From Candidatus Latescibacterota bacterium (GTDB lineage Bacteria; Latescibacterota; UBA2968; GCA-2709665): a stretch of DNA of 64,000 nt. The translations under genes were made by a program, and so were the position numbers. The stretch spans positions 3,680,001 through 3,744,000 of the forward strand of contig OZ242358.1 in NCBI GenBank assembly GCA_965208835.1. Direction: 5' to 3'. Numbering within the stretch: position 1 is the stretch's first letter; every line of letters starts with the position of its first letter. Shown piece by piece: positions 9,816 through 21,048 of the stretch. Under the pieces are notes generated by a model. That model was not told where the DNA came from. It did no database searches and was given only the letters and a program-made list of their open reading frames with translations.

Positions 9816-11249
9816 ATGGAATTCGAATCATACGCGCTTGACTCCAACATTTACGACGAGATGTTCCATCCGGACGGCACACCCAGGGAGCATTGCCGCC
9901 CGCTCTTCGAAGCGTTGGGCGAACTCTCGACGGATGAGCTTTCAAGCGTCCAGGAACGCGTTACCCGTTCGTTTTCCAATGAGGGCATCACGTTTACCGT
10001 CTACGGCGATGAAGAGGCCACCGAGCGCATCATTCCCGTGGACTGCCTGCCACGGATCCTGTCAGGCACCGAGTGGGACGGGCTCGTAAAGGGCCTCACG
10101 CAGCGCCTCACAGCGCTAAACCGGTTCCTCCAGGATATCTACAATGACGCAAGCATCATTGGCGACGGCGTCATCCCGGCGGACATGGTCAAGGGTTGTC
10201 CGCAGTACCGGGTGGAAATGCTAGGCGTTTCCCCTCCCAACGGCGCCTGGGTATCCGTCTGCGGAACCGACCTCGTGCGAACCAACGACGGCTTTCTCGT
10301 ACTTGAGGACAACCTGCGCGTTCCCTCAGGGGTTTCGTATATGGTGGCGAACCGTAAGGCGGTGAAGGCAGGATTGCGCCGCCTCTACAGACGCTCGCGC
10401 GTGAAGGACGTAGAACATTACGGCAGATTTCTCCGCGAAACCCTTGTCGAGCTCGCGCCTGATGGGCGGGCCGATCCATGCATCGTGCTGCTGACGCCGG
10501 GCGTTTACAATTCGGCGTTCTACGAGCATATGTTTCTTGCCCGTGAGATTGGGGCGGCGCTGGTCGAAGGCAGAGATCTCCTGGTGAACGACGGGTTTGT
10601 CTACATGCGCACCACAACCGGCCTCCGGCGTGTCGATGTCGTCTACCGGCGTGTCGACGACGACTTTATCGATCCTCTGGTCTTTCGCGCGGATTCCCTT
10701 CTTGGCGTGCCCGGCTTGCTGCACGCATACAAACTCGGCAACGTGACCCTGGTTAACGCACCCGGCACGGGCGTCGCCGACGACAAGAGCGTCTATGCCT
10801 ACGTTCCCGATATGATACGCTACTACATGAATGAGGAGCCCGTTCTGTCCAGCGTGGACACCTACCTGTGCCGCAGGCCGGAACACCTGGAGTACACACT
10901 CGACAACCTCGAGAATCTGATAGTAAAGAAGGTCGGAGAGTCAGGCGGTTACGGCATGCTGGTCGGCCCCCATGCCACGCCTGAAGAGCGGGAGGAATAC
11001 GCGAAGCATCTGCGCGCCAATCCGGCCGAATTCATCTCGCAGCCCGTTTTGCCGTTGTCGCGCGCACCGTGTCTTGTCGACAACCGGTTTGAGCCCAGGC
11101 ACGTCGACCTTCGCCCGTTCGTGCTGCACGGGCAAGAAACGCGAATCGTGCCAGGGGCATTCTGCCGTGTCGCCCTGCGCCGTGGCAGCATAGTTGTCAA
11201 TTCAAGCCAGGGCGGTGGCGGCAAAGACCTCTGGGTCCTTGAGAACTGA
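9816..11249 (+). CDS. Circularly permuted type 2 ATP-grasp protein
   Basis: YDEM, GITFTVYG, LEDNLRVPSGVSY, LLTPGVYNSAFYEH, VYRRVDDDFIDP, GESGGYG, VVNSSQGGGGKDLWV. Confidence 0.93.
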   Translation: MEFESYALDSNIYDEMFHPDGTPREHCRPLFEALGELSTDELSSVQERVTRSFSNEGITFTVYGDEEATERIIPVDCLPRILSGTEWDGLVKGLTQRLTALNRFLQDIYNDASIIGDGVIPADMVKGCPQYRVEMLGVSPPNGAWVSVCGTDLVRTNDGFLVLEDNLRVPSGVSYMVANRKAVKAGLRRLYRRSRVKDVEHYGRFLRETLVELAPDGRADPCIVLLTPGVYNSAFYEHMFLAREIGAALVEGRDLLVNDGFVYMRTTTGLRRVDVVYRRVDDDFIDPLVFRADSLLGVPGLLHAYKLGNVTLVNAPGTGVADDKSVYAYVPDMIRYYMNEEPVLSSVDTYLCRRPEHLEYTLDNLENLIVKKVGESGGYGMLVGPHATPEEREEYAKHLRANPAEFISQPVLPLSRAPCLVDNRFEPRHVDLRPFVLHGQETRIVPGAFCRVALRRGSIVVNSSQGGGGKDLWVLEN

Positions 11250-11323
11250 GCAGTCGCATTCGTAGATTCCGGCACGAAGGTAAGACAATTCACCGTTGGG
11301 TCGTAACCACGAAAGGAGAGGAT

Positions 11324-12709
11324 ATGAAAGGTTTCTTTAGATCGCCGTTTCGCAAGCGCGCCGTCGGTTCCGTCGGAAAGATCGCCCTGTTGTTTCTTGG
11401 CTGTCTGCTTTGCGGGACCACGGCCGCGTACGCGGCGGTTGACCAGGAGACGATGTTCGTCTTCAATACGTTCGCGTTTCTGATCTGGGGCGCGCTGATT
11501 ATGTGGATGTGCGCCGGGTTTACCATGCTCGAGTCCGGTTCCGTTCGCACCAAGAACGCCTCGATGATCTGCATGAAGAACATCGGCCTCTACTCTATCG
11601 CGGGTCTCGCCTATTACTTTCTCGGCTACAATCTTATGTATACTGAAGTCGGGAAATTCATCGGCTCGTTCACACTCCTCTACGGGCCCTCTGCCGCAGA
11701 TCTCGCTCTGGTAGCGGGGCAGGAATCGGCAAAGGCCAAGGTCATCGCGAATAAATATTCCACCATGTCCGACTGGTTCTTCCAGATGGTCTTTGTGGCG
11801 ACGGCCGCCTCGATCGTGTCCGGCGCCCTGGCGGAGCGAGTCAAAATGCTGTCCTTCTTTCTATTCACACTGCTACTGACGGCTGTCATCTACCCGGTGG
11901 TAGGTGCCTGGACCTGGGGTGGCGGATGGTTGAGTGCAATGGGATTCAAGGATTTCGCCGGCTCAACCATTGTCCACAGCACTGGTGGCTGGGCGGCGCT
12001 TGCCGGGGTCCTGGTCGTCGGCCCGCGATTGGGCAAATATCGGAAAGACGGCAGTGTGAAGAATACACCGCCATCCAATATCGTGGCGGTGACACTGGGC
12101 GTGTTCATTCTATGGTTCGGCTGGCTCGGCTTCAACGGCGGATCGCAGCTCGCGCTCGGGAGCGCCGCCGACGCGGTGGCCATGAGTCACGTGCTGGTCA
12201 ACACGAACCTTGCGGCGGCAGCCGGCGTGGTTGTGGCTCTTATCGTCTCCAAGCCGATCCTTGGAAGAATGGACCTGTTCGCGAGTCTGAATGGAGCAAT
12301 TGCGGGGCTGGTATCGATCACTGCCGGACCCGACATCGTCCAGCACTATTGGGCAGTCGTTATCGGCGGCGTTGGCGCAATCTTCTGCACGGCCGGGATC
12401 CGGCTGCTGGAGAGGTTGAAGATCGACGACGTCGTGGGGGCGGTTCCCGCTCACCTGTTCGCTGGAATCTGGGGAACCCTGGCTGTCTGCATCGCCGCGG
12501 GCGGCAACTTCGGCGTACAGCTCCTGGGCTGCGTCGCGGTGGGCGTGTTCGTGTTTTTAACTTCGTGGGTGGCGTGGCGTTTGCTGGACGCGACCCTGAG
12601 TGTCCGAGTCACCGAAAAGGTCGAGCGGCTGGGCCAGGATGTCGCCGAGTTGGGTATCGAGGCCTATCCCGAATTTGTGCTTACGCCGGAAGAAGCGGAT
12701 GAGGATTAA
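11324..12709 (+). CDS. amt: Ammonium transporter (Amt family)
   Basis: AGFTMLESG.VRTKN, FFQMVFVATAASIVSGA.AER, DFAGSTIVH, LWFGWLGFNGGS, IDDVVGAVPAH (twin His retained). Confidence 0.96.
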   Translation: MKGFFRSPFRKRAVGSVGKIALLFLGCLLCGTTAAYAAVDQETMFVFNTFAFLIWGALIMWMCAGFTMLESGSVRTKNASMICMKNIGLYSIAGLAYYFLGYNLMYTEVGKFIGSFTLLYGPSAADLALVAGQESAKAKVIANKYSTMSDWFFQMVFVATAASIVSGALAERVKMLSFFLFTLLLTAVIYPVVGAWTWGGGWLSAMGFKDFAGSTIVHSTGGWAALAGVLVVGPRLGKYRKDGSVKNTPPSNIVAVTLGVFILWFGWLGFNGGSQLALGSAADAVAMSHVLVNTNLAAAAGVVVALIVSKPILGRMDLFASLNGAIAGLVSITAGPDIVQHYWAVVIGGVGAIFCTAGIRLLERLKIDDVVGAVPAHLFAGIWGTLAVCIAAGGNFGVQLLGCVAVGVFVFLTSWVAWRLLDATLSVRVTEKVERLGQDVAELGIEAYPEFVLTPEEADED

Positions 12710-13692
12710 TGGCGACGATTCCCGGAAATCCCAGACTGCTTGCGCGCAGCGCGCAGGGTCTTTATTGGATGGGCCGCTACCTGGAACGGGCGGAGCATCT
12801 CTGCCGCCTGTTGCGATTCCAGGTGGAAGCGCTGGTCGACCGGCCAATCCGGGAGATCTATTTCGGCTGGAGTCGAATCTACATGAGCATGAACCGTCGG
12901 CCTCCCGGCGGCAGCATCACGATGGTCGGGAGCGACGACTTCACGCTCGCCGATTCCTACACGCTGGCCGACGATCTCACGTTCGAACGCACAAATCCGG
13001 ATTCGGTCTGGAACTGTTTCTCCCTCGGCCGTGAGAATGCGCGGCAGATGCGTCACTGCATCAGCGGAGAGATGTGGACCTGTCTGAACCTCGCGTATCT
13101 GCGGCTCCGTGAACTGGACATCCGGGATATCTGGAAGCCTTCACCGGAGAGCTTCTATGCAGAAACGGCAGGCGACATCAACACGTTTGCCGGCGTGGCG
13201 GAAGCCACGATGTACCGCGACGAAGGGTGGCATTTCCTTCGGCTGGGCAGGCATATCGAACGCGCCCAATGTTCGGCATCGTTGTTCCTTTCACAGCTCT
13301 CCATGGACAAACTTATGGACGAGTCCTCCGACGCGGACTGGACGAACCTCTTGGACGTCTGCCAGGCCTATGACGCTTACACCCGCAATTACAGCGTCGA
13401 CGTCCAGCCGCGTCGAGTCCTCGACCTTCTCGTTACCGATCCTCTGCTACACGGTTCTCTATGCTACTCGCTCGACGCGGTGGCGTCGGAACTCGATGCC
13501 ATCGGTACCGGGTCCGATGAGCAATCCAGTGCAGTCGCCCTGCGCATGGCCAGACGTATGTGCGCGCTGATCCATTACGATTGGCCCGACCGCGAAGACC
13601 GAGAGGTCCTTCTGGGAGACCTCATGGGCTTCTGCCAGGAACTCCACGATCTTGTTACCGGAGCATATATAGACTACCCCGCCGTCAACTGA
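12709..13692 (+). CDS. Alpha-E domain protein
   Basis: LYWMGRYLERAE, RENARQMR..IS.EMW, TMYRDEGWHF..LGR.IERA; start overlaps the amt stop (TAATG). Confidence 0.9.
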   Translation: MATIPGNPRLLARSAQGLYWMGRYLERAEHLCRLLRFQVEALVDRPIREIYFGWSRIYMSMNRRPPGGSITMVGSDDFTLADSYTLADDLTFERTNPDSVWNCFSLGRENARQMRHCISGEMWTCLNLAYLRLRELDIRDIWKPSPESFYAETAGDINTFAGVAEATMYRDEGWHFLRLGRHIERAQCSASLFLSQLSMDKLMDESSDADWTNLLDVCQAYDAYTRNYSVDVQPRRVLDLLVTDPLLHGSLCYSLDAVASELDAIGTGSDEQSSAVALRMARRMCALIHYDWPDREDREVLLGDLMGFCQELHDLVTGAYIDYPAVN

Positions 13693-13712
13693 CTCCCGGG
13701 TGTGCCGCTACC

Positions 13713-14585
13713 TTGGCCGGAACGATTCAATACGAAATCAGGCACGTCTCACGCTATAAGTACGCATTCCCCGCGCGCGAGTGCGTCATGCTGCTTTGCC
13801 TGAAGCCAATCGAAAACGGGGGTCAGCAGCTTGTTCATTTCGACATCGAAACGCAACCTCCGGGTTCCCTGAGCGTTGAAACAGATCCTTTCGGGAACAC
13901 GCGGCACGTCCTCAGCGTCCACCCGGAACACGAGTCGCTGGAGATTGTGGCTCAATCCACTGTCAGACCGTCTCCGTTCAAGCCGCTTCCGGCCGGTCTT
14001 GGAGCCGATGCGTGGAATGAGATCGACGCCTCGAGAGACGCATTCCAGCATTGGGACTATGCCCACCCCAGCGAGATGGCCAATCCGTCGCCCGCGCTCA
14101 CCGATTTCACCAGGAAAAACGGCATTGGGCGCGGAAACGACCCGCTCCGGGATTTGATCCTGCTTTCAGATACGCTGCACAGCGTGTTTCAATATACTCC
14201 GGGAAGCACTTCAGCCGCGTCTCCAATTGAGGAAATTCTGAGCTCGGGCCACGGCGTCTGCCAGGACTACGCCCATGTGATGATTGCGGTCGCCCGGTCC
14301 TGGGGTGTTCCCGCCCGCTATGTCTCGGGCTATCTCTACGTTTCCGGTTCTCCCGACGGCCAGGCCTGGAGCAATGCCACACACGCCTGGGTGGAGTGTC
14401 TGCTACCGGAACTGGGGTGGGTGGGCTTTGATCCCACCAACCGGAGCCTTGCCGACGAACGACACATCCGAATCGCGACCGGACGCGACTTTCTGGACAT
14501 CTCTCCCACCCGCGGCGTCCGACAAGGCGGCGGTGAAACACGGCTCGAAGTCGATGTCCGGATCCGTCCACTGACGGATCTGTGA
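13713..14585 (+). CDS. Transglutaminase-family protein (Bact_transglu_N + catalytic core)
   Basis: YEIRHVSRYKY, DPFGN, GVCQDYAH (Cys), HAWVE (His), FDPTN (Asp); start uncertain (TTG 13713). Confidence 0.9.
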   Translation: MAGTIQYEIRHVSRYKYAFPARECVMLLCLKPIENGGQQLVHFDIETQPPGSLSVETDPFGNTRHVLSVHPEHESLEIVAQSTVRPSPFKPLPAGLGADAWNEIDASRDAFQHWDYAHPSEMANPSPALTDFTRKNGIGRGNDPLRDLILLSDTLHSVFQYTPGSTSAASPIEEILSSGHGVCQDYAHVMIAVARSWGVPARYVSGYLYVSGSPDGQAWSNATHAWVECLLPELGWVGFDPTNRSLADERHIRIATGRDFLDISPTRGVRQGGGETRLEVDVRIRPLTDL

Positions 14586-14593
14586 TTCTGACC

Positions 14594-14622
14594 TTGACAG
14601 AACGAGTTCTCACCTTTATAAT
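14594..14622 (+). promoter_or_regulatory. Consensus sigma70 promoter for the TPP riboswitch-thiC leader
   Basis: Exact TTGACA-17 bp-TATAAT. Confidence 0.85.
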
Positions 14623-14632
14623 TAAGACAAGA

Positions 14633-14707
14633 TCCGCATGGGGTGCCGAACGGCTGAGATCATACCCTTGGAACCTGATCTGGATTATGCCAGCGTAGGG
14701 ATGCGGA
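14633..14707 (+). ncRNA. TPP (thi-box) riboswitch aptamer
   Basis: GGGGTGC...GCTGAGA...ACCCTTGGAACCTGATCTGGATTATGCCAGCGTAGGGA; P1 TCCGCAT/ATGCGGA; upstream of thiC. Confidence 0.95.
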
Positions 14708-14731
14708 ACATTGGCCTTGCGAACAATCAAG

Positions 14732-14758
14732 CGGCCGTTCCTTCCACGGGGACGGCCG
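14732..14758 (+). terminator. GC-rich hairpin downstream of TPP aptamer (possible expression platform)
   Basis: CGGCCGTTCC...GGGACGGCCG stem; the following U-tract is poor (TGTGTGTAT). Confidence 0.4.
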
Positions 14759-14799
14759 TGTGTGTATCGTACACGACGACTCGCAGTTCCCGGGAATCA

Positions 14800-14965
14800 T
14801 AACAGTCCGTTGGAAGAGTCGCTCGGCAGGCGAGGCCGAGCCATTGTGGGCGAAGACAAGGCGCGCAACCGAGTCCCATCCTGCGATTCGGCGAGGGCGC
14901 GCAACGAAGTATTTCGGTCGCAATGGCCGGCCGTAACCCGGATGGGCTTTTTCAACGGGCTGCTA
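14800..14965 (+). mobile_element. MITE family A, short (166 bp) copy in the thiC leader
   Basis: TA-ACAGTCCGTTG...TTTTTCAACGGGCTGC-TA terminal inverted repeats; ~90% identical to 45017-45182 by manual alignment. Confidence 0.85.
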
Positions 14966-14987
14966 AGGCGGTGGGGTATCCATCTAA

Positions 14988-16697
<1,710 letters not shown>

Positions 16698-16826
16698 TCT
16701 CGACGGGGATTGGTCCCCAGTTCTCCGCTCAGGACGGATCCGGATCCGGTTTCCATCGACTCGAATGATCGAGCCCGTTCAACTGCGCAAATTGCTGTTT
16801 CATCACGGATATCAGGCCGGGATGGA

Positions 16827-18191
16827 TCAACTGCGTGCTTCAATCGGCGACACCCTTCGCTGTCTGCCTTCCCTTGTTTCCGCCGGCAGGATTTCCGGCG
16901 CATCCTCCCCGGCCTCAACCATCCGCCGGACCAGCCGTTGTCTCATGATCCGCGCCACCTCGTGGTGCGAAGTCATCCCGATCAGGTTGCACAGCTCGTA
17001 CGGGTCCGCCTCCAGATCGTACAGATATTGCTCTACGTATCGGTCGGACCCCGCCTTCTTTGCCCCGTGGCACTCCGGTGCGTCCACGCCGTACTTCCAC
17101 CGACGGGTGCGCACGGCCCTCCCCACCTGAGCCTCGCTGATCTGCACGAACGTCTCCTCCGGCCAGCCCTCGCTTCTCCCGACCGTCAGCGGCAGGATCG
17201 ACCGGCCCTGCATTTTATCGGGTACCGGAATCCCGGCCGCAGCCAGTAGCGTGGGCGTCAGGTCGACAGTACTTACCAGCTCACTGATGCGCCCCCCGCC
17301 GTCGAATCCCGGGCCCTGAAGAGCCGTTGGCACCCGAATCGAACTCTCGTGGCATGACCGCTTGTATTCGGCATTACGGGTCTTGAAGTGGCAGCCGTGG
17401 TCCGAAGTAAAAAGCACAACCGTCCGTTCCGCCAGATCCGTACTCTTCAGTGCGTCCAGCATCCGTCCCAGTGCCTCATCCAGTCGTTTCACCATCCCGT
17501 AGTAACCGCCGAGATGACGATGGGCGGATCCCCCAAGTGCGGCCAGATCGGGCGGTATCCATCGGCCGTCATACCGTTCGCGGTAGCCGTCAGGCGCCGG
17601 ATAGTCGTCGATATGGTTCTGGTGATGCGGCTCAAGATAGGAGACAAAAAGAAAGAAAGGTCGTTCCCTGTTCGCATGAATATACCGGATGGCCGCATCG
17701 GTCATGGCATCGACCCGATATCCCGGCAGATCCACCGGATCTCCGTGATTGTCGTACATGACCGTTCGATAGGCCTCCGACGTGGCTTCGAGCACGTTCG
17801 AAGCCAGCCAGTATTCATAACCTCCGCGCACCTCCGGTGGCACCGGACCCTTCGAGCCCCTTCCATACAGGTGCCACTTGCCTATGTACGCCGTGCGATA
17901 ACCGGCGTCATTGAAATGGTGTGCCAGAGTCCGGCTGTCCGGTGGAAGAGGGATTCCATTGCGAAAGCAACCCGTTTCCGTAGCGTACATCCCGGTCTGC
18001 AGACAGGAACGCGCGGGGCCGCAAACGGGCTGGCAGGTAAATGAATTGAATATATGGGTACCCTGCTGCGCCATCCGATCGAAATTGGACGTCAGGCCCA
18101 GAGGATTCCCGTGAACGCCGGTTGTATCCCACCGTTGCTGATCCGTATAGAACACCACTACGTTCGGCTTCTCAGTCACACTTGCCGACAT
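16827..18191 (-). CDS. Sulfatase (S1, Cys-type)
   Basis: PNVVVFYTDQQR, CGPARS (CxPxR), GKWH, TSDHG, YDLEADPYE; start ATG 18191 with GGAGG. Confidence 0.93.
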   Translation of the reverse strand: MSASVTEKPNVVVFYTDQQRWDTTGVHGNPLGLTSNFDRMAQQGTHIFNSFTCQPVCGPARSCLQTGMYATETGCFRNGIPLPPDSRTLAHHFNDAGYRTAYIGKWHLYGRGSKGPVPPEVRGGYEYWLASNVLEATSEAYRTVMYDNHGDPVDLPGYRVDAMTDAAIRYIHANRERPFFLFVSYLEPHHQNHIDDYPAPDGYRERYDGRWIPPDLAALGGSAHRHLGGYYGMVKRLDEALGRMLDALKSTDLAERTVVLFTSDHGCHFKTRNAEYKRSCHESSIRVPTALQGPGFDGGGRISELVSTVDLTPTLLAAAGIPVPDKMQGRSILPLTVGRSEGWPEETFVQISEAQVGRAVRTRRWKYGVDAPECHGAKKAGSDRYVEQYLYDLEADPYELCNLIGMTSHHEVARIMRQRLVRRMVEAGEDAPEILPAETREGRQRRVSPIEARS

Positions 18192-18306
18192 TGCAACCTC
18201 CGACTGTTTTGTCTTCCCGCGCGATATGGACGTTGCAAAGTCGCCCCTCGCTCTGCAGGTGCCGTTCGATATCCCCACTCTCCACCGCAATCCCGAGGCG
18301 CCCGTC

Positions 18307-18393
18307 TATCAGTCCGTTGACAGAGTCGCTTTGCAGGCGAGGTATTATGTCCCATCCCGGGAATATTTCACCATTCATCCGCCGATTCATCCC
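18307..18393 (+). mobile_element. MITE family A, left-end fragment of the long variant
   Basis: TATCAGTCCGTTGACAGAGTCGCT...TCACCATTCATCCGCCGATTCATCCC matches the start of 25641-25899; right end absent. Confidence 0.75.
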
Positions 18394-18397
18394 CCTG

Positions 18398-18516
18398 GAA
18401 GCTGTCTTAAAATTCACAGCGGTCTTCGCGCCTCGGCACTGTGCGCCCCTCGTGCCTCTTAACCGCCGCTTTTTCGCTCGCGCCCGGGAACTCACCGGTA
18501 ATTTTAACACAACCTC
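18398..18516. mobile_element. Putative MITE family B (119 bp) abutting or truncating family A
   Basis: GAAGCTGTCTTAAAATT ... AATTTTAACACAACCTC inverted ends (14/17 match). Confidence 0.5.
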
Positions 18517-18624
18517 TTTCGATCGCACTGCAAAAGGGCGTGACAGAATGCGCCCATGGGGATATCTTATGTCTTCGTCAGCGGCAAAACAGGGCCCCTA
18601 TACCAGATTGCCAGGAAACCTCTG

Positions 18625-19920
18625 ATGAAGAATCAGTCGATGAGACATCTGCTCGAAAAGGCCGACCGGTACCTTGCAGGCGGCTGTCTGGGCAGCTTTC
18701 GGATGCCGGACGAAGTCGCAACCGTGATGGAGCGCGGAAACGGCTGCCGGATCTACGACATCGATGGCAGGGAATATTTGGACTACATCCTTGGATCCGG
18801 CCCGCTCATCCTGGGTCACGCCCATCCCGCTGTGGTCGAGGCCGTCCAGCGCCAGGTTGCGCTGGGGTCGACTTTCTACGCCCTCAATGAACCCGTCATC
18901 CGCCTGGCCGAGCGCATCGCTGAAGCCTCACCCTGCGGGGAATCCATCCGCTTCACGTCCTCCGGCACCGAAGGGACCTTTGCCGCCCTCCGGATGGCGC
19001 GTGCATTCACCCGCCGGGAGAAGATCCTCAAATTCGAGGGTGGCTGGCACGGCGCACACGATTACGCCCAGCAAAGCACAACGCCGCCAAAACCCACCGA
19101 CGGGCCCGTGGCCGTCCCCGACTCCCAGGGGATACCCAATGCGGTAAGCCAATCGGTTCTGGTCGCCCCGTTCAACAATGCCGACGTAGCCGTCGAACTC
19201 ATCGCGTCGTATGCGGACGACCTGGCTGCGATTATCGTTGAACCCTTTCAGCGCGCCCTTCGGCCGGAACCAGGATTCCTTGAAGCCCTTCGCCAGGCGT
19301 CAAGCGACTATGGCGTCATCCTCATCTACGACGAAGTCGTTACCGGCTTCCGCATCGCCTGGGGCGGCGCACAGGAACGCTACGGCGTTGTGCCCGACGT
19401 TGCCGTCTACGGAAAGACGATCAGCGGGGGGTATCCCATGGCCGCCGTCTGCGGGCGCGCGGATATTCTCGCGTGCGCCGACCCCCGCCGCAAGGGAAAG
19501 GCGCCGTATACCTTTGTTAGCGGCACCACAAATGGCAATCCCGTCAGCGCCGCCGCCGGACTGGCGACTTTGGACGTACTGGAAACTGAGGGTGTATATA
19601 CAAAGCTCTACGACATCCCCGCCCGCCTCCGACGCGGCCTGGAAGCGCTTGGCGCAAAGATGGGACTCCCGCTTAAGGTCCTGGGCGAAGGACCGGTGCT
19701 GCAACCCTATTTCGCGGATGTCGAAATCCGCAACTACGCCGACACTCTCAAAGCCGACGCCGGCGCTGCCAGACATTTCAGCGTCGAAATGATCAGACGG
19801 GGCATCTTCTTCAATCCTGCCGGCAAGCTCTATTTCTCACTGGCGCACACGGAAGCCGATATCGACCGGACGCTGGAGGTCGCCGAAGTGGCCCTGCAGC
19901 GGGTTCGTGTCGATTTATAG
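18625..19920 (+). CDS. Class III PLP aminotransferase (GSA-aminomutase-like)
   Basis: DIDGREYLDY..GSGPLILGH, SSGTE, FEGGWHG, LIYDEVVTGFR, YGKTISGG (PLP Lys). Confidence 0.9.
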   Translation: MKNQSMRHLLEKADRYLAGGCLGSFRMPDEVATVMERGNGCRIYDIDGREYLDYILGSGPLILGHAHPAVVEAVQRQVALGSTFYALNEPVIRLAERIAEASPCGESIRFTSSGTEGTFAALRMARAFTRREKILKFEGGWHGAHDYAQQSTTPPKPTDGPVAVPDSQGIPNAVSQSVLVAPFNNADVAVELIASYADDLAAIIVEPFQRALRPEPGFLEALRQASSDYGVILIYDEVVTGFRIAWGGAQERYGVVPDVAVYGKTISGGYPMAAVCGRADILACADPRRKGKAPYTFVSGTTNGNPVSAAAGLATLDVLETEGVYTKLYDIPARLRRGLEALGAKMGLPLKVLGEGPVLQPYFADVEIRNYADTLKADAGAARHFSVEMIRRGIFFNPAGKLYFSLAHTEADIDRTLEVAEVALQRVRVDL

Positions 19921-20014
19921 ACTTGGCGGGAGCAGAACCGTGTCACGTCTGCCGGCGTTTCACTGACGGATTCTCCCTGAAGCTCCCTTCCACCTTCAAT
20001 CACGATTCCAATAT

Positions 20015-21013
20015 ATGGACCTCTTCCTGGGCAAGTCCACCGTTGTCGGAGCCGGTCTGATGGGCGGTCAGATCGCCCTGGTTCTGGCGCTCGGAAGCCG
20101 AGAAACCTGGCTGATCAGCCGGCGGCCGGAAAGCCTGGACAAGGCACGAAGAAATCTTGAGAGGTACGCGGAGGATCTCGGACGGCACAACCGGCTTCGA
20201 GGTGAATCTCCGGCCGCCGTGCTCAACCGCATCCACACCACCACGGACCTCGAGGCCGCCGTTGGCGAGTCCATCTTTGTCGTGGAATCCATCACGGAAG
20301 ACCTTGAATCCAAACAGGCGCTCTTCCATCGCCTGGACGCCCTCGCGCCAACAGATGCTCCCCTTGTAAGCAATACGTCCGGACTGCCCATCACCAGACT
20401 CGCGGAAAAAACCCGGCATCAGGATCGCATTGCCGGTTCTCACTTTGTCCAGCCCGCCCACATTGTACCCGTAGCCGAAATCGTCCGCGGCCAGCAGACA
20501 TCGAGCGAGACGATGGATCGTATCACCCGAATCTGGCAGCGGCTGGGCTACTTTCCACTCCACGTCAATAGAGACGTACCCGGATTCCTCGTCAACCGTC
20601 TTCAGCACGCCCTCATTCGCGAGGCGGTCGACCTGCTGGCGTCCGGCGTCGCGTCAGCCGAGGACATCGACGCCGCCTTCCGACTGGGACTGGCGCCCAG
20701 ATTCACCACCGCAGGTCCGTTGGAGCAACGCGACATCAACGGCCTGTCCATGCACGTCCGCGTCGCCTCGCACCTGTGGAAGACCCTGGGCGGGTGGGAG
20801 CAGCCGCTTGCCTATCTTCAGAAAATGGTCGACACGGGCGCAACGGGCCTGGAGTCGGGAAACGGTTATTACAACTGGACGGGTAACGACCCGCATACGG
20901 TCCGTACTGAAAAGGACGAGCAACTCCTTCGCAGGACCGCCGAGGTGATGGCGGACTGGGAGGCGGAGCGGGAGACGCGTCAGCACGGACAGGAAATCAA
21001 AGCTTCGCAATAG
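20015..21013 (+). CDS. 3-hydroxyacyl-CoA dehydrogenase family protein
   Basis: VVGAGLMG, VESITEDLESK, SNTSGL, HFVQP, PGFLVNRLQ. Confidence 0.9.
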   Translation: MDLFLGKSTVVGAGLMGGQIALVLALGSRETWLISRRPESLDKARRNLERYAEDLGRHNRLRGESPAAVLNRIHTTTDLEAAVGESIFVVESITEDLESKQALFHRLDALAPTDAPLVSNTSGLPITRLAEKTRHQDRIAGSHFVQPAHIVPVAEIVRGQQTSSETMDRITRIWQRLGYFPLHVNRDVPGFLVNRLQHALIREAVDLLASGVASAEDIDAAFRLGLAPRFTTAGPLEQRDINGLSMHVRVASHLWKTLGGWEQPLAYLQKMVDTGATGLESGNGYYNWTGNDPHTVRTEKDEQLLRRTAEVMADWEAERETRQHGQEIKASQ

Positions 21014-21048
21014 ACCAGCGACCGCTTTTCGCAGTTGCAGGAGGCACG

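Noticed and set aside
11268-11285. Sigma54-like CCGGCACG upstream of amt (and TGGCACG at ~48597)
   Set aside because: No GC at the -12 position; GG-N10-GC spacing is not met
18625-19920. Calling this gene (or 60107..61333) hemL
   Set aside because: Both are GSA-aminomutase-like but lack the typical GGVNSPVR motif and tetrapyrrole context
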